Shown piece by piece: positions 49,978 to 62,281 of a DNA stretch of 64,000 bases. The position numbers were made by a program, and so were the translations under genes. Origin of the DNA: Eledone cirrhosa (Eukaryota); the NCBI GenBank assembly GCA_964016885.1, contig OZ024742.1:373984001-374048000 (forward strand), read 5' to 3'. Below the pieces are notes generated by a model. That model was given only the letters and a program-made list of their open reading frames with translations. It ran no database searches and was not told where the DNA came from. Numbering within the stretch: the first letter of the stretch is position 1; every line of letters begins with the position of its first letter.

Positions 49978-51125
49978 CTAGAAGAGAGAGAATTCAACCA
50001 TAAACACATAAGTTAAACATTCACATATTTAAATCACTGCATTGGCATTTTTTTACATGTAAAAGAAAAAAATTACAATGATTATAGAATGGATCCATGC
50101 ATTATTTCTTCAAAGCTAAAATGTTACACTATTAGTTTTACAAATTTGAAAAAAAAAAAAGGATAAAAGACACTTGCCTTCACTTCCCTAGCAGCACCTC
50201 GCCTCCTCCTATTCCACCATCCCCGTCGATATCTGCGTCGATCAGCAGCGTATTTGCTGCCTTGCACATGATTTCCACCAGGTCCAGTGACATTGGCAGC
50301 TTCATTTCCCTACAATAGATCAACCACACATAGTATACAGACCCTCAAAGTTGTCCAACGGAGGAAGCTACATTTTTAACTGTCTAATAAAACTAAATTA
50401 TTCAGCTTACTTTTTCTCCTTCGACGACATCAAACTCGACTTTCTCACCATCCCCAACACTCCTCAGATATTTACGAGGATTGTTCTTTATTATTGCTGT
50501 CTGTAAAGAGACAAAAAGTTACCTTGTTAAATCAAATTCTTGTATATTTTTTTTAGTTACCTTTAATTAAAATGAAATTAGACAATTGACGTTAATGTAA
50601 TGTATCAGGAGTCATGGCCAAGATTAAAATTAAATCAAAATAAAAACAGCATGGAGAAGTGCTAGTGACTATAGACATGTTTAGAGACATTCTTTTCTAT
50701 TGTCACTACAAAAAATAAAGTAATTAACTTTCAGGAGTCAGCTGTAGGAATTTCAATTTTAACTTAAGTCCTGTAGAGTATTAAGACATTTTTGGAAAGT
50801 TCAAAACATTGTGACTGCATCACATTAAAATCTCTACAAATTTTCACAACTATTCAAGACATTAAACATTTGAATGAACCTGTTTCTAGGTATTTTCTAA
50901 ATCTTTACAGGATGTTAAGAGTTAAACTACTGCTCAAGATCAACTTTATAAACTGGTTGACATCTCAAGTGAATCTTGACCAGGATTTAGAAATGAATTA
51001 AAGGAAAAGTCTAAAGATGCAGTCAAATTTAAGTATTTAAATTAATTCTAATAATTCCCTAGTCAATCATTTCAAACTGCCAATTAAAACTTATTTAAGT
51101 GTGTGTATGTGGGGGGGGGGGGGGG

Positions 51126-51208
<83 letters not shown>

Positions 51209-54200
51209 GGATTGGGTTAAAATTACTTCCAATCTATATTTACAGTTTGGAAAACTAAATGTAAAATATTAACCCATTTAAAAATAGGACTCAACAAAAC
51301 TAAAATTACACCGATTTTCAAAATTTTACAAAACCAAAAGTACTTCAATTCGATATTTGTAAACAATCATTTTTAATATATAATTTCCGTTTTAAAAATA
51401 TAACGGATAAACAGACTGAAAAAAAGACGGGATAGTCATTTTTGGATTGGCCATAGTTTGATCAGAGATCTGGCATTAAACAATTTCACAAAGATACAAA
51501 ACGTCAACAAAATATTGTGTCACAGACAAAAGTTCTAAAATTAAGGGCTACTAATTCCTTGGAGATATATTTTCCAGTTTTTATTTGCATGAATATAAAG
51601 GATCTTACGACCCATGATGTAATAAAACTCACCTGATGTACAAAGACATCCTCTTTCGTATCTTCCCTATAAACAAAAAAGAAAGCAATCAATTTAATTT
51701 CTTGCAATGGTGATGACACACAAGTTATCAAATCTAACAAAACATTTTACAAATAGTTGTAGGGATCCAATTAGAAGCAGGAGGCATGACTAAGACGACT
51801 AATATATTGTCAGACAAGCTCACTTGTTGACCTAGATACTACATTGCTTTCACTTAATGATAACCTGGACTCCAACATTTTGCATACTAAACATTTCGTA
51901 ATCAGAGTAAAAATTGAAGAATTATAAATGTCGAAATAAAAGCCGAGCTATAAATATAGTTGGCGATATTGGAGAATGTGAGAAATATTCCGATAGCAAT
52001 GTAGGTTAATACAGAGCTGCTACAATTGAGAGCATCAGTGAAAGAAAAAAGAAATAAAAAGAAGCATTATAAGTGTTAACTGCATCGTTATCGATAAGTT
52101 TGAGAAAACTAAAGAGAAAATCTGACGTGGAAGGCCATAATTTCCAAAGTACAATGGCGACTAAAGTGCCAGAGTTCCGTTAGTGGCAGACAATATAGTT
52201 CACACACACACATTATTTATATATATATATATATATATATAGTTCATAGAGTAAATATGTGGAGTAAAAGAGACAGGGGAGGGTTAGTTCAGGAAAATAC
52301 CTCCAAATAAGGTGACTAAACCATACCAACCTCTCATATATACACTTCCAACTTCATTAATGTTGCCTTATTACAAACTTTAAAATATTACCAATGTATC
52401 ACAAGAAATTTATATAAAAGTTTTCAATAATTCACTGCCATAATATTAACGGTACGGGAGTTTGAACAGAGACGCCATCCCACTTGAACAAGATTCAGAA
52501 ATTATTTCAAACTAATTTCTTATATATTTATGAAATACATAAATAAGGGGGTTTTAAATTAACGGGTTGACAAAAAGGAGGGGGCTGGGGTTAATGAACG
52601 ATAGACAAGGTAGAAAAATAGTTTTAGTGAGGAGATGAGGACCAAAAAAGGTAGTAGTAGTCTGATATATAGAAACCACGTGTTTCTAACTAAAATACGA
52701 GAGGAGGAGGGCGGAGTAGAAACCCCACACAGGGACATACAGCAGAAATACTCAACTTATTAAAAAGGATCAATAGAAATAAGTCGAACGGGATCAATAG
52801 GAAAAAAGTAACAAAAATTGCTTTAATATTTTTTTCCAAGAGAAAGTAAAATGTGCCACGTGTCAAATAATGTTAGGTATAAAATAGGGTTGAGAGAGAG
52901 CAATGGCACAGACTCCATGAGAAAAAGGTATAGAGTGAGTCAAAGAGATTACGTGTAATTCACACAAAGTGGATATACAGCAGCCAGAAAACTACTGCCA
53001 TATATAAACATAGTACAAGAGGGCTTCTTTCAAATATATATAGCTGCTACAGGTATATAATAAATCAATTTCTCAAAACATCCATAAACCACATTTAATC
53101 CTCACAACATAACTCCATTTAAATACAAGATCCAAAACACACCTACATTTAAATTTCTGACATTTAAACATTTCAACTTTATTTTTTATTTTTTTTACGT
53201 CCGCCCCATTATGTATATATATTTAATATGTAAATAAATATATATAAATAAATACATATATATATATATATATATGTAAGATTCAATTATTTTAGCTAAT
53301 ATTAAAGACTAGAAGCAAGACATTCCACGGTGGAATGGCGTGAACCTGCATACTAATGTGTAGGGAAGGGGGTAGAAAATACCATACATTCTACACAGAA
53401 TTGTTGCTGGAACCGAGCCCTAAGACATTGCATATATATACACCCATATACATACACGGCCTTTATCTCACAATCAAACGGTAGAAATATTTCTTTACTA
53501 ACCGGTTAATAAAGCCATATCCACTTTTTACATTAAACCATTTAACCGTACCGGATACTTTGGAAGCTGAAATAGAAACAAGGAAAAACTGAAGGGCAGC
53601 TTCACATTATGCACAATTTCATTTTTAGATGTGCAGCTTTTTCCCCCCCTTTTAATGTGTGTGTGATTAGGAAAGGGGCTGCAAAACTATGCATCGGGGT
53701 ATATGTGTGCATATATATAAATATATATATATGCACACAAGATAGATATAATTTGTGTTTATATATAAGCAAAAAAGGTAGATAATGTATTTACAGAGAG
53801 GTGTATATATATATATAGCTATCCATCTATTTCTGTGTGTGTGTATATATATAATATATATTATATATATATACACAGAGATAGATGGATAGCTATATAG
53901 AGTGATATAGATAGAGAGGTAGAAATAGATATGAAGATAGCAGATATAGATGTGCATCTAGAGGAATATAATAAGAATGCATCACAATAATAGGGAGTGA
54001 AGAAGGCACGAATATTAAGTATATTCCTTTTCGTCTGTCGACTGTTTATATCCGAGCAGGGAAAGGCGATGATAAAATAAGAGTGAAGTAGATATACAGT
54101 TCACTTTAGACATTATTCAAGCACTAAATGTGCTGGAAACTGAAACAGAGCGTCTACAGTAACACACAACAAAACATTTACTGTTATTTTTTCTTTTGAA

Positions 54201-54511
54201 TAATATCCTAAGAATAATGGGAACAAGACAGGCGCAATATATCGATAGACTTAAAACCACGAGGTGACCTAATTTTTTGAAGATGGAAATATTTTACAGA
54301 ACGGTCACAAAATAGGGGTGTGATTTTACACACAGGTTATTAACTGAATTGACTACCCACTTTATGGCCACGCACTGGAACCATGGCGAAGCGAACAACA
54401 AATGACGTCCAAATAACAAACAAAATGTCTACCTATGATTTTTTTTCCACTTGCAGCAGGTCTTTCTGTAGCTTCCACTTCCCCCTCTGGTTGTTTCTCA
54501 GAGTCGGACAT
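49405..54511 (-). CDS. YBX1: Y-box binding protein (cold-shock domain), 323 aa; exons 54433-54511, 53503-53566, 51633-51666, 50411-50500, 50178-50309, 49405-49977
   Basis: Spliced translation [10 protein letters not shown]...[79 protein letters not shown]...[14 protein letters not shown], then alternating acidic and Arg/aromatic islands. Exons total 972 nt with compatible phases. RNP1 GYGFI and RNP2 VFVH present. The symbol marks the family, not strict 1:1 orthology. Confidence 0.96.
50178..50309 (-). CDS. YBX1: Y-box protein exon 5 ([12 protein letters not shown]...REVK)
   Basis: TTGTAG acceptor, non-canonical AAG|GCAAGT donor, 132 nt. Confidence 0.9.
50411..50500 (-). CDS. YBX1: Y-box protein exon 4 ([30 protein letters not shown])
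   Basis: TTTACAG acceptor, AAA|GTAAGC donor, 90 nt. Confidence 0.96.
51111..51205. repeat. G-run plus long (TA)n microsatellite in Y-box intron 3
   Basis: Read directly. Confidence 0.97.
51633..51666 (-). CDS. YBX1: Y-box protein exon 3 ([11 protein letters not shown])
   Basis: TTTATAG acceptor, CAG|GTGAGT donor, 34 nt. Confidence 0.96.
53503..53566 (-). CDS. YBX1: Y-box protein exon 2 ([22 protein letters not shown])
   Basis: TTTCAG acceptor, CG|GTTAGT donor, 64 nt. Confidence 0.96.
54433..54511 (-). CDS. YBX1: Y-box protein exon 1 ([26 protein letters not shown])
   Basis: GCCATGT start context, donor ATAG|GTAGAC, 79 nt. Confidence 0.88.
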
Positions 54512-54629
54512 GGCTGTTGATGTTACACTTCAGATGTTAAACGCACGACCCTACGGTCACTGGACACTCGCAATCTCTCTCTCTTTCGTTCTTTGTTCAC
54601 CTCTAATCATGACGATGGCAGCGAGTATT

Positions 54630-54715
54630 TATATGTGTGACGCCGGCTGTTGGGAGCAATTTCATTGGATAATTTCATAGAAGAGATTTAAAAGAATCTT
54701 TTTGATTGGTTAATA
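54630..54715 (-). promoter_or_regulatory. Y-box gene proximal promoter with two CCAAT boxes
   Basis: Plus-strand ATTGG at 54664-54668 and TGATTGGTTAA at 54703-54713, 150-200 bp upstream of the ATG. TGACG half-site at ~54638. Confidence 0.55.
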
Positions 54716-55689
54716 TTTTCTCTCGGTAATTCCAAAATTAGAAAATTCGGTGAGCGTTTTTACTTATTTTAAAAATCTTTCTCTGAGGAACGCAACTTTA
54801 AAAAAAAATTGTTGAAAACCAAAATATTTTTTCTTTTTAAAACCAGTTTATTTGTGGTTTTATTTTCCGTTTTTAATCTGTTGTTGTAATAAACAAAAAA
54901 GCAGACAAAAATATCAAGAGAAACAAGTTGAAATTTCACACTTGAAAACTCTCTACAATAATTAGTTATAATAAGATATAAATAGAATTGTTCAGATATA
55001 AATAAATAATTATTATAATAATTTCTTTATTAACCACAAGGGCTTGCATATATAATAGAGTAAACGTTACAAACATAGGGGTTACAATACATATGGTGAC
55101 TGGACAAAGTTATATTAAAACAAGAGTAGAGACAAGAATGTTACACAGTAGATGAGTTAAAATTTGATAAAACATCAAATCAGTATAAAATATGTTATAA
55201 AACACAATAAATAAGATATAAAATATTTTAGAATTATTCAGCTATACATGTGTAGGAACCCACTAGTTCAGTTGAGTCAGACCACCCTATATTCCTACTC
55301 ACATGCCATACATTAATATACTTACCAGAAGCCACCAGTAAGCTTTTTTCAATGTGTTCATGGATAAAAGAACCCAGATCTTCTGAACAGAAATACTTTA
55401 TTTTCTTATACATATTTTTTATTGGTAAAAGTAAAAATCATCTAAGTACTCTTGATAAAGACTCCCTATTTCTATATCAATCCACATATTGTGTGGATTT
55501 GCCCCCTCCAATCCATACAGTAAACTAAGCAGACCAGTGTTGCAATGTATTTATATATTATTTGAACCAATATTAAACAAGAAAAAGGGTGGGGTACAAA
55601 GCCCAAGGCCACCACATGACCTGACAATTCTTCTCCCATGGTGGTATGACCTCCCTGCACAACTGTAAATTATTCCCAGTGATGGTTCC

Positions 55690-56420
55690 ACAATAACAAT
55701 ACACCCAGCTCACTCTGTAAAGTTGTAGTCCTGCTACCACAAAGAAAAGCACCTAGTCAGCATTGTAAGGCACTTGCCAACTTCTAAAAACCCAGAGGGG
55801 GAGAACCATGAAAAAAAGTGCCCCGAAGTGGAGAGAAATGAGACAGAATGGGGAGATTTTACATAATGAAAGCTATATCTATTTTCACAAGAGAAGACAT
55901 CTTTCACCCACCTCAAAGTGCGTGGGAAAACTCCCCGTCGGACAGGGACAGTTGATAGGTCTGGTAAGTTGGTAGTGCTGGTGCCACAACAAAAGCAGCC
56001 AGTCTACCCTGTGAGGTGGTAGTGCCAGAGTCAAGATTAATGTTCCCAGTACCTGCTGCAAACTGTTTGGTGTTAGGGAGGACAAGCTGTAAAGTGGTTG
56101 GTGTTAGGAAGGGCATCCAGCTGTAGAAACCATGCTCCCAGTACACACTGTTAAGTGGTTGGTAGAAACCATTCTCACAATACATGATGTAAAGTGGTTG
56201 GTGTTAGGAAGAGCATCCAGCCATAGAAACCATACAGTACACATGTCCATACTAATGCAGTATTCTCTCCTGCACATCATCTTGGATTCCCCTTAAGCCC
56301 AGCTTCTCTCTCACCTCATCCAAGCTCTGCCTTTCTCTTACATTTACATTGCACACCCAACAAAACATGGCTGCTTCATTTCTCTCCAGTCTACACATGT
56401 CCTCTGCTCTTTCTTCAAGT
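55690..56420. mobile_element. Cluster of RTE-3'-UTR-derived modules with a repeated TGTAAAGTGGTTGGTGTTAGGAAG.GCATCCAGC motif, plus a minus-strand RTE ORF remnant (56250-56420)
   Basis: Motif copies at ~56088-56135 and ~56188-56233, partial at ~56060 and ~56149. ORF remnant AEDMCRLERNEAAM. Confidence 0.7.
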
Positions 56421-57027
56421 GAAATACATTCCTCCAAATTATACAATTCACACTGTTTCACCTGTCTTTTAGAAACTTTCTCTCTCTCCTGGAATTATCA
56501 CATTACAAACAACGAGGCCTTCTGAGTTTCACTCCCAATATCAATGGCTACAATACTAAACCATCAACTATGCTGGACACACTAGTACCATGGACTATTC
56601 TCTTTAGAGAACGTGTTAATGACAAAAGACTTCATGGTGTACCCAAGTAGCATTTTAGAAATCAACTCAAGTCATCTCTGATTCAAGCAAATATCATTAA
56701 GCCCAAAGACAAGCCAATGAAGACTCCATGATGATAACCATGACACTGAAAGGGAGGTGAAGATGAATAAGCAACAGCCTCTACTTAGACTCTTGTACAG
56801 AATATGCCAACTGTTATTTCATAGCAAACTGGGACTGTCCAGCCATGACCTCTACTTCCAAGATGATTTGTTGAGAAACAGACAATTTGAATACAAATTT
56901 AAATAATGATAATAATTGTTTGTACTTTAGGCACAAGGTCAGCAATTTGGGGGAGGGGAAGTCGATTAAATTGATACCATTTCATTACTGGTGCTTTATT
57001 TTATCAGCCCCATAAGGATGAAAGGCA

Positions 57028-57060
<33 letters not shown>

Positions 57061-57061
<1 letters not shown>

Positions 57062-57357
57062 GTCTGTACAATGCCAGTGATAGTCAGTGCACTTGGAATG
57101 ATAAAAAAGGGAACTAAAAAATATTTGGACCGGATACCTGGAAAGACATCTCTGCAAGAGAGACAGAAAATAGTGCTGACTGGCACTGCCCATGTCCTGA
57201 GAAGGACATTATCAACTTATACACCTTGCAAGGATATTTACTGTAGTTTATACTTTATGGCATCATTTCTATGACAATTGATTGTATCAAATTTTACCTC
57301 AGCTGCCAGATTGACACAAGATCTGAGAAAGAAGCAGAATTCAAAGGAAGTTTCAAG
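57061..57357 (+). mobile_element. 3' fragment of an R4/Dong-like (REL endonuclease) non-LTR retrotransposon within a (TAA)n tract
   Basis: PVIVSALGMI...LQERQKIVLTGTAHVLRRTL matches the R4/Dong C-terminal pattern. Flanked by (AAT)~11 at 57029-57061 and TAATAATAATGATAATAAT at 57358-57376. Confidence 0.75.
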
Positions 57358-57403
57358 TAATAATAATGATAATAATTGTAAAATAGCTGTAGACTTCATA
57401 TTA

Positions 57404-57680
57404 AGTGTGTGGCCCAGTGGTAAGGGTGTTGGACGATAATAATGTTGTGAGTTTGATTCCTTGACCAGGTTGTGTGTTGTTGTTCTTGAGCAAAACACTT
57501 CATTTGACATTGTTCCAGTATACTCAGCTGAAAATGAGTACCAGCAATAGTTGGGGGTTTAACCCTACGATGGGCTGGCATCCTGTCCAGGGGTAGTCTT
57601 GTACTCTCAGTCGCTTAACACCAATGAAACCGGGACAAGCACCAGCCTGATGGGCCTCAAGACACTGTAGAGCTTTTTTT
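57404..57680 (+). mobile_element. tRNA-derived SINE (CORE/V-SINE-like)
   Basis: A-box TGGCCCAGTGG, B-box-like GAGTTTGATTCC, TTCTTGAGCAAAACACTT, V-like CCCTACGATGGGCTGGCATCCTGTCCAGGGG, 3' GAAACCGGG...CCTGATGGGCC. Confidence 0.82.
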
Positions 57681-57687
57681 AAACTTA

Positions 57688-57925
57688 AAGCACCCACTAC
57701 ACACTGTAAAGTGATCGTGTAGGTGTCAAAACAAAAAGCACCCAGTCCACACTGTAAATGTGGTTGGTATTAGGAAGGGATCCAGCTGTAGAAACCAAGC
57801 CAAAATCAGTTCTGTATGATCAAGATATGGTTATCTGACCTCAACTTGCCTTAAATAGGACATGTCTAACCCATGCTAGCATGGAAAATGGACGTTAAAC
57901 AGTAATGATGAAGACAATGATGATT
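57688..57925 (+). mobile_element. Short RTE-3'-UTR-derived element with one complete 48-bp satellite-homologous unit (57700-57747)
   Basis: 48-bp unit, then the GGTTGGTATTAGGAAGGGATCCAGCTGTAGAAACC motif, TCTAACCCATGCTAGCATGG and a decayed (GAT)n tail. Confidence 0.85.
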
Positions 57926-57975
57926 AAGCTGAGGAAATTGAATCAATTTGAGAAAGGAATATATATAACAAATTA

Positions 57976-58143
57976 CCGTATTTCCCAGCGTCAAAGACAC
58001 TACTTTTTTTCCTAAAATAAGTCTCAAAAATCTACCATGCGTCCTGGAGGCCTAAGGTTGTTTATTGTTTTTTTTCAAATTTTTGTTTGTCAAAATTAGG
58101 GTGCATCCTTGAGGACAAACGTCTTCAGCGCTGGGAAATACGG
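57976..58143. mobile_element. Tc1/mariner-pogo (Tc2-like) MITE, 168 bp
   Basis: TA|CCGTATTTCCCAGCG ... CGCTGGGAAATACGG|TA: perfect 15-bp TIRs with TA TSD. Confidence 0.88.
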
Positions 58144-59115
58144 TACTTCCTGCCAATAGATTGTTTTACAATTTCTTCCTTATTTATATATATTTTCTCA
58201 TATATAATTTCAATTGACAATTTCACACCATTTTTGGATACCATATTTAATGGTACCTAAATTTACTGTGCTAAATTCATTGTTTTAGTACAATTTCTAT
58301 TGTGAAAATGTGGTAGTTAATGCCAAATCACTTACCTTGAGTGGTCCTCAGTGGTCGTCTTTCTATCCACTTGCATAATCTGAGAACCACACACACTGAA
58401 ACTCTGGCCAGAAATTAGAGTTTTACAGGAAACCCTTGAAAACACATGTCTCTTCGAAATCACTATGAGAGAAAGAGAGAGAGTGTGTGCGTGTGTGTAA
58501 TTTGATCTCTTCTGCTAATGTGGCCGACCACTTTGCAGAAGATATATGAAATAAGCCATATTATAACTGAAGATAAATGAAAATGTCACTTCTTTACTTT
58601 TTTATTTACAATTGTATAAATAACATTACAAATGATAAAGGAGTAAAGAAGGGCAGATCTGGTTATGGGGTGAACTAGAGGAAAGGACTATAAAAGTAAT
58701 AAATGAGAGGAAAAAGAGCGGAAAAGCAAGGACTCAAGGGCCACAGAAGAGGGGGAAAGGGGAGTATGATGGGCTCTGGGCCTAGGGTGCGGAGGTGTTA
58801 GGACTGCACCCCACAGATAAGACTGCAAAAGCATTTCCTTAGACAATGGCCAGTGACACCCACCGCAACAGCCACCCCACCTCGCAGGGCTCAATCCTCA
58901 GATGAAAGCAGAGAAGCAGGTTATCAAGTTTTCTTGTAAAGACAAAGATGTACTTGTTGAGAACTTCTGAGATAAAAGATACAATTCAGAACATTTCAAC
59001 TCTGGTAGAGGTGAAGAGAAGTTCAAAACTGGCTCAGATCTGGCAACATTTCAACAGCATGTCTTGGTCATCTTAAACCTGACACAATTCATCCTTCTCC
59101 AGGTCTAAACAAAAC

Positions 59116-59427
59116 AGATTGGATTGGATTGGACTGGATCAGACCAGATTGGGTCAAACCAGATCAACTCAGACTGGATCAAATCAGATCAGACCAGGTT
59201 CAATTGGACCATTCATATTGGATCAGACCAGACTAGATGGGATCAGGCCAGATCAGATTGCTCTGGACCAGATTGGGCTGCATTGGATCAGACAGAGTCG
59301 AATTGAACTGGATCAGATCAGACCGAATCAGATCAGACTGGATCAGGTCATACCGGATCAAATCAGTCTGGACTGGATTGGATTAGACTGGACTGGATCA
59401 GATTGGATTAGGATCAGGCCAGATCAA
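59116..59427. repeat. Degenerate pentanucleotide repeat (GATCA/GATTG/GACCA/GACTG)
   Basis: 5-bp periodicity read directly. Confidence 0.9.
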
Positions 59428-59495
59428 AAATAATTTTAAAATAATTAATATGTACACAGACATGTATATAGTGTAAAATGAAATTGGAAGGCCTG

Positions 59496-59531
<36 letters not shown>

Positions 59532-59557
59532 CGTGTGTGTGTGTTTGTGTATATATA

Positions 59558-60427
59558 CAGGGTGCGGACTATATTTGTTCTCAAGATTACTGTCTAGGAA
59601 AAAATAACACAGTAGTTTTATTTTTTAAGATATATTTATCAAACTTGGGTCAGTTTGTCTTCATGACTTGTTCTTTCGATCTCACTCGATAAACCTGCCA
59701 TTGGCTTTGATGATGGCCTCAAGGCGGCCTCGGAACCGGCTACAGGCCTTCGTCACTGTCCCTCGACTTAGGCCCCTAAAGGCACTTGTGATCCTGGCCT
59801 TCAGATCGTCTTTTGTATTGCAGCTAGATCCGTTGGTGTCTCATTCCACTGCGCCCCACACATAGAAGTCAAGGGGGTTGCAGTCAGGCGAGCTGGGAGG
59901 CCAGATGTCAGGTGAAGTGTGGTCAACGAAGTTCTCTGACAGCCAGGCTTGGGTCTTTCGGCTGGTATGGTAGGGTGCAGACCTACCTGCAGCTACCTGG
60001 TCGATCCAGGGCTTTACTACCTTGCTCATAACACGGATGTAGCCATCGGTATTCAGCTTGAGGCCCTCAGGGAAGAAGTGAGATGGCATGACGTCACCTT
60101 GACTGCTGACGACATCTAAGACCAATGTTGTCGCTGGAAACTTTGTCTGCATGACTCTGGGAACGTCTTTGGATGAGACACCATTCTCCTGCTGACATTG
60201 AGAAAGTCTGAAATTTCCTTATTTGTCCTCCCAGCGCGGATTCCAAGAAGAACTCCGTGTCTCTTCCACGAATTTGGAGGTTCAAAATTATTCATAATCA
60301 ATTATTCTGAAAATAAATTATGGAAATATAGTCACTGTTTTTATGAAGACAAGAGTGACAACGGAAGTAAAAAAATTTGCATAAAATTAGCAGTTGAAAA
60401 TTACGAACAAATATCGTCCACACCCTG
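59558..60427 (-). mobile_element. Internally deleted Tc1/mariner transposon, probably maT (DD37D)-like, 870 bp
   Basis: TA|CAGGGTGCGGACTATATTTGTTC ... GAACAAATATCGTCCACACCCTG|TA (23-bp TIR, 2 mismatches). Transposase remnants: N-terminal HTH-like piece and WPPSSPDCNPLDFYVWG. The QQD segment with the second Asp is missing. Confidence 0.9.
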
Positions 60428-60601
60428 TATATACATATATGCGGGTGTCTGTGACCTATATACACCAGTCACAGACAGACACAAATATATATATATATAT
60501 ATTCACACACACTTAGAAACCTTTTCTATTTAGTAGGATACAGTAATGCTGTATTCGTTTCTTTGAAGTCACCCGTTGTAATTTCCTTCAACAACACCAC
60601 C

Positions 60602-60603
<2 letters not shown>

Positions 60604-60655
<52 letters not shown>

Positions 60656-60711
60656 ACCACTATCTCTTCCTCTCTATCCTTCTCTCTCTATCCTTCTCTC
60701 TCTCTCTCTCT
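60604..60711. repeat. (CT)n microsatellite and CT-rich flank
   Basis: Read directly. Confidence 0.95.
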
Positions 60712-61896
60712 GTTTATGAAGGTACCCAGAAAACCTCATATCTCGAGAACCCGTGCTCCAATTTACGCAAAACTTGTTTTATTCCATTTGTATTCCCATT
60801 TCAGGGTCAACTTCCTTTCAAAGTATTTTCCCATTATGCACCCTTTTGGCTGTATTACATTACAGACAAGCAAGCAAGCAATCAGAGAGTTTTAATAGTA
60901 TATAGATATACACTTTAAAACAAACAGTTTTGTATCAGGTCAATCCTAATCTAGCAAACCTATGATTAGTGAATTCCAATCATGACCATCTCATCATTTA
61001 GTACTATCTAAGAGTACCTTATCTGATGTGTCCTTTGCTATTTTGTTATTTGAAATCTGGTTCTAATGTTAGAAATCATTGTTGTTGTTTAATGAGGTCA
61101 CCTTTACCTTTCATTGTTCTGGGAATTGTGAAATAAAGTACCAGTCAAGTACTGAGGTCAATCTACTCTACCCTTTACTCAAACTGCTGCCCCTGTGCCT
61201 AAATTAGAAATGCTTTTTTTTTTTCCCAAAGAATAATTCAAGAAAGGATTCCTTTTAAAATAGGAGTGTTCATTTGAATGTTCCAACACAAAGAATTAAT
61301 AGTTATTAAAGTCCATTTATAATATATACCCTGCATTAGAACTTTGAGCAGAATAATGACTTCAATTACTTAGAATGCTTTCATACATTAATTATATTAC
61401 TTACTTAATTCTTGTCCCCTGGTCAGAATAATTATAAAAAACAAAAAAAAACAGCTAAGTTTTGATACCAAGCAGATTTGGTTGAGCAAGCTAATGGTGG
61501 CAAAGCAATGATTTGGAAAAAAGTTTACAGCTAGCTTACATTCATTTTGGAATGTCAAACTGCCTGTGTAGTTAGCAACTGTACTGGTTTGGTAATTCAA
61601 AAGCTTTAGTTTGAATCCTGTTTATATATATATATATATATATATCTTCTTTGCCCACTTATTCGATCCTGTTAGAAGCAATTGTCTCCAATTGATCTGG
61701 CTGGATCCCCAAGCGAGACCAGCCAAGTTCATGGATGTTATCCAACCGCCTTGCTTGGGGTCTACCTCTGGGTCTCTTGCTGGTTGGTTTTACCCGTAAA
61801 ATCTGTCCAGCAATTCTTTCCTGAGATATTCTAACCACACACATACACGCATGCACACACACACACGCATGCACACACACACACACACACATATAT

Positions 61897-62071
61897 ATCA
61901 TCATCATCATCATTTCATTTTACGTCTGCTTTTTCCCTGCTTGCAAGAGTGGGACGGGAACTGATTCTGGCTTGATTTCTACAGCTGGATGCCCTTCCTA
62001 ACACCAACCTCATTTGCAGTGAGTGCTGGGTGCTTTTTTGCCATGGCACCTCCACGACCACTTTACAGTGG
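61897..62071 (-). mobile_element. Short RTE-3'-UTR/tail element
   Basis: (CAT)n tail, then CTACAGCTGGATGCCCTTCCTAACACCAACC and GCTGGGTGCTTTTTTGCCATGGCACCTCCACGACCACTTTACAGTGG. Confidence 0.8.
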
Positions 62072-62084
62072 AATGATACGGACC

Positions 62085-62239
62085 CCAGTCCCTATCATCT
62101 CATTTCTACAGCTGAGTAAACTGGACCAATGTGAAATAAAGTGTCTTGCTCAAGGAAACAACACATCACCCGGTCTGAGAATTGAACTCACAACCTTTCA
62201 ATTGCAAGGCCAATGCTCTAACCACTAAGCCATGTGCCT

Positions 62240-62241
<2 letters not shown>
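62085..62241 (-). mobile_element. tRNA-derived SINE 5' part
   Basis: Reverse complement TGGCTTAGTGGTTAGAGC (A-box), GAGTTCAATTCTC (B-box), CCTTGAGCAAGACACTT. Confidence 0.8.

Positions 62242-62277
<36 letters not shown>

Positions 62278-62281
<4 letters not shown>

Noticed and set aside
57624-57660. Hammerhead-ribozyme-like GAAAC...CTGATG motif
   Set aside because: The core is CTGATGG, not CTGATGA, and convincing stems could not be built. It fits the ordinary 3' region of a V-SINE-like element.
59119-59433. Pentapeptide-repeat-like ORF (DQIRP/DWIGL)
   Set aside because: Translation of a degenerate 5-bp repeat, with no supported start or splice context.
62190-62241. tRNA gene
   Set aside because: A and B boxes are present, but it continues into SINE body sequence shared with other copies and no full cloverleaf was found.
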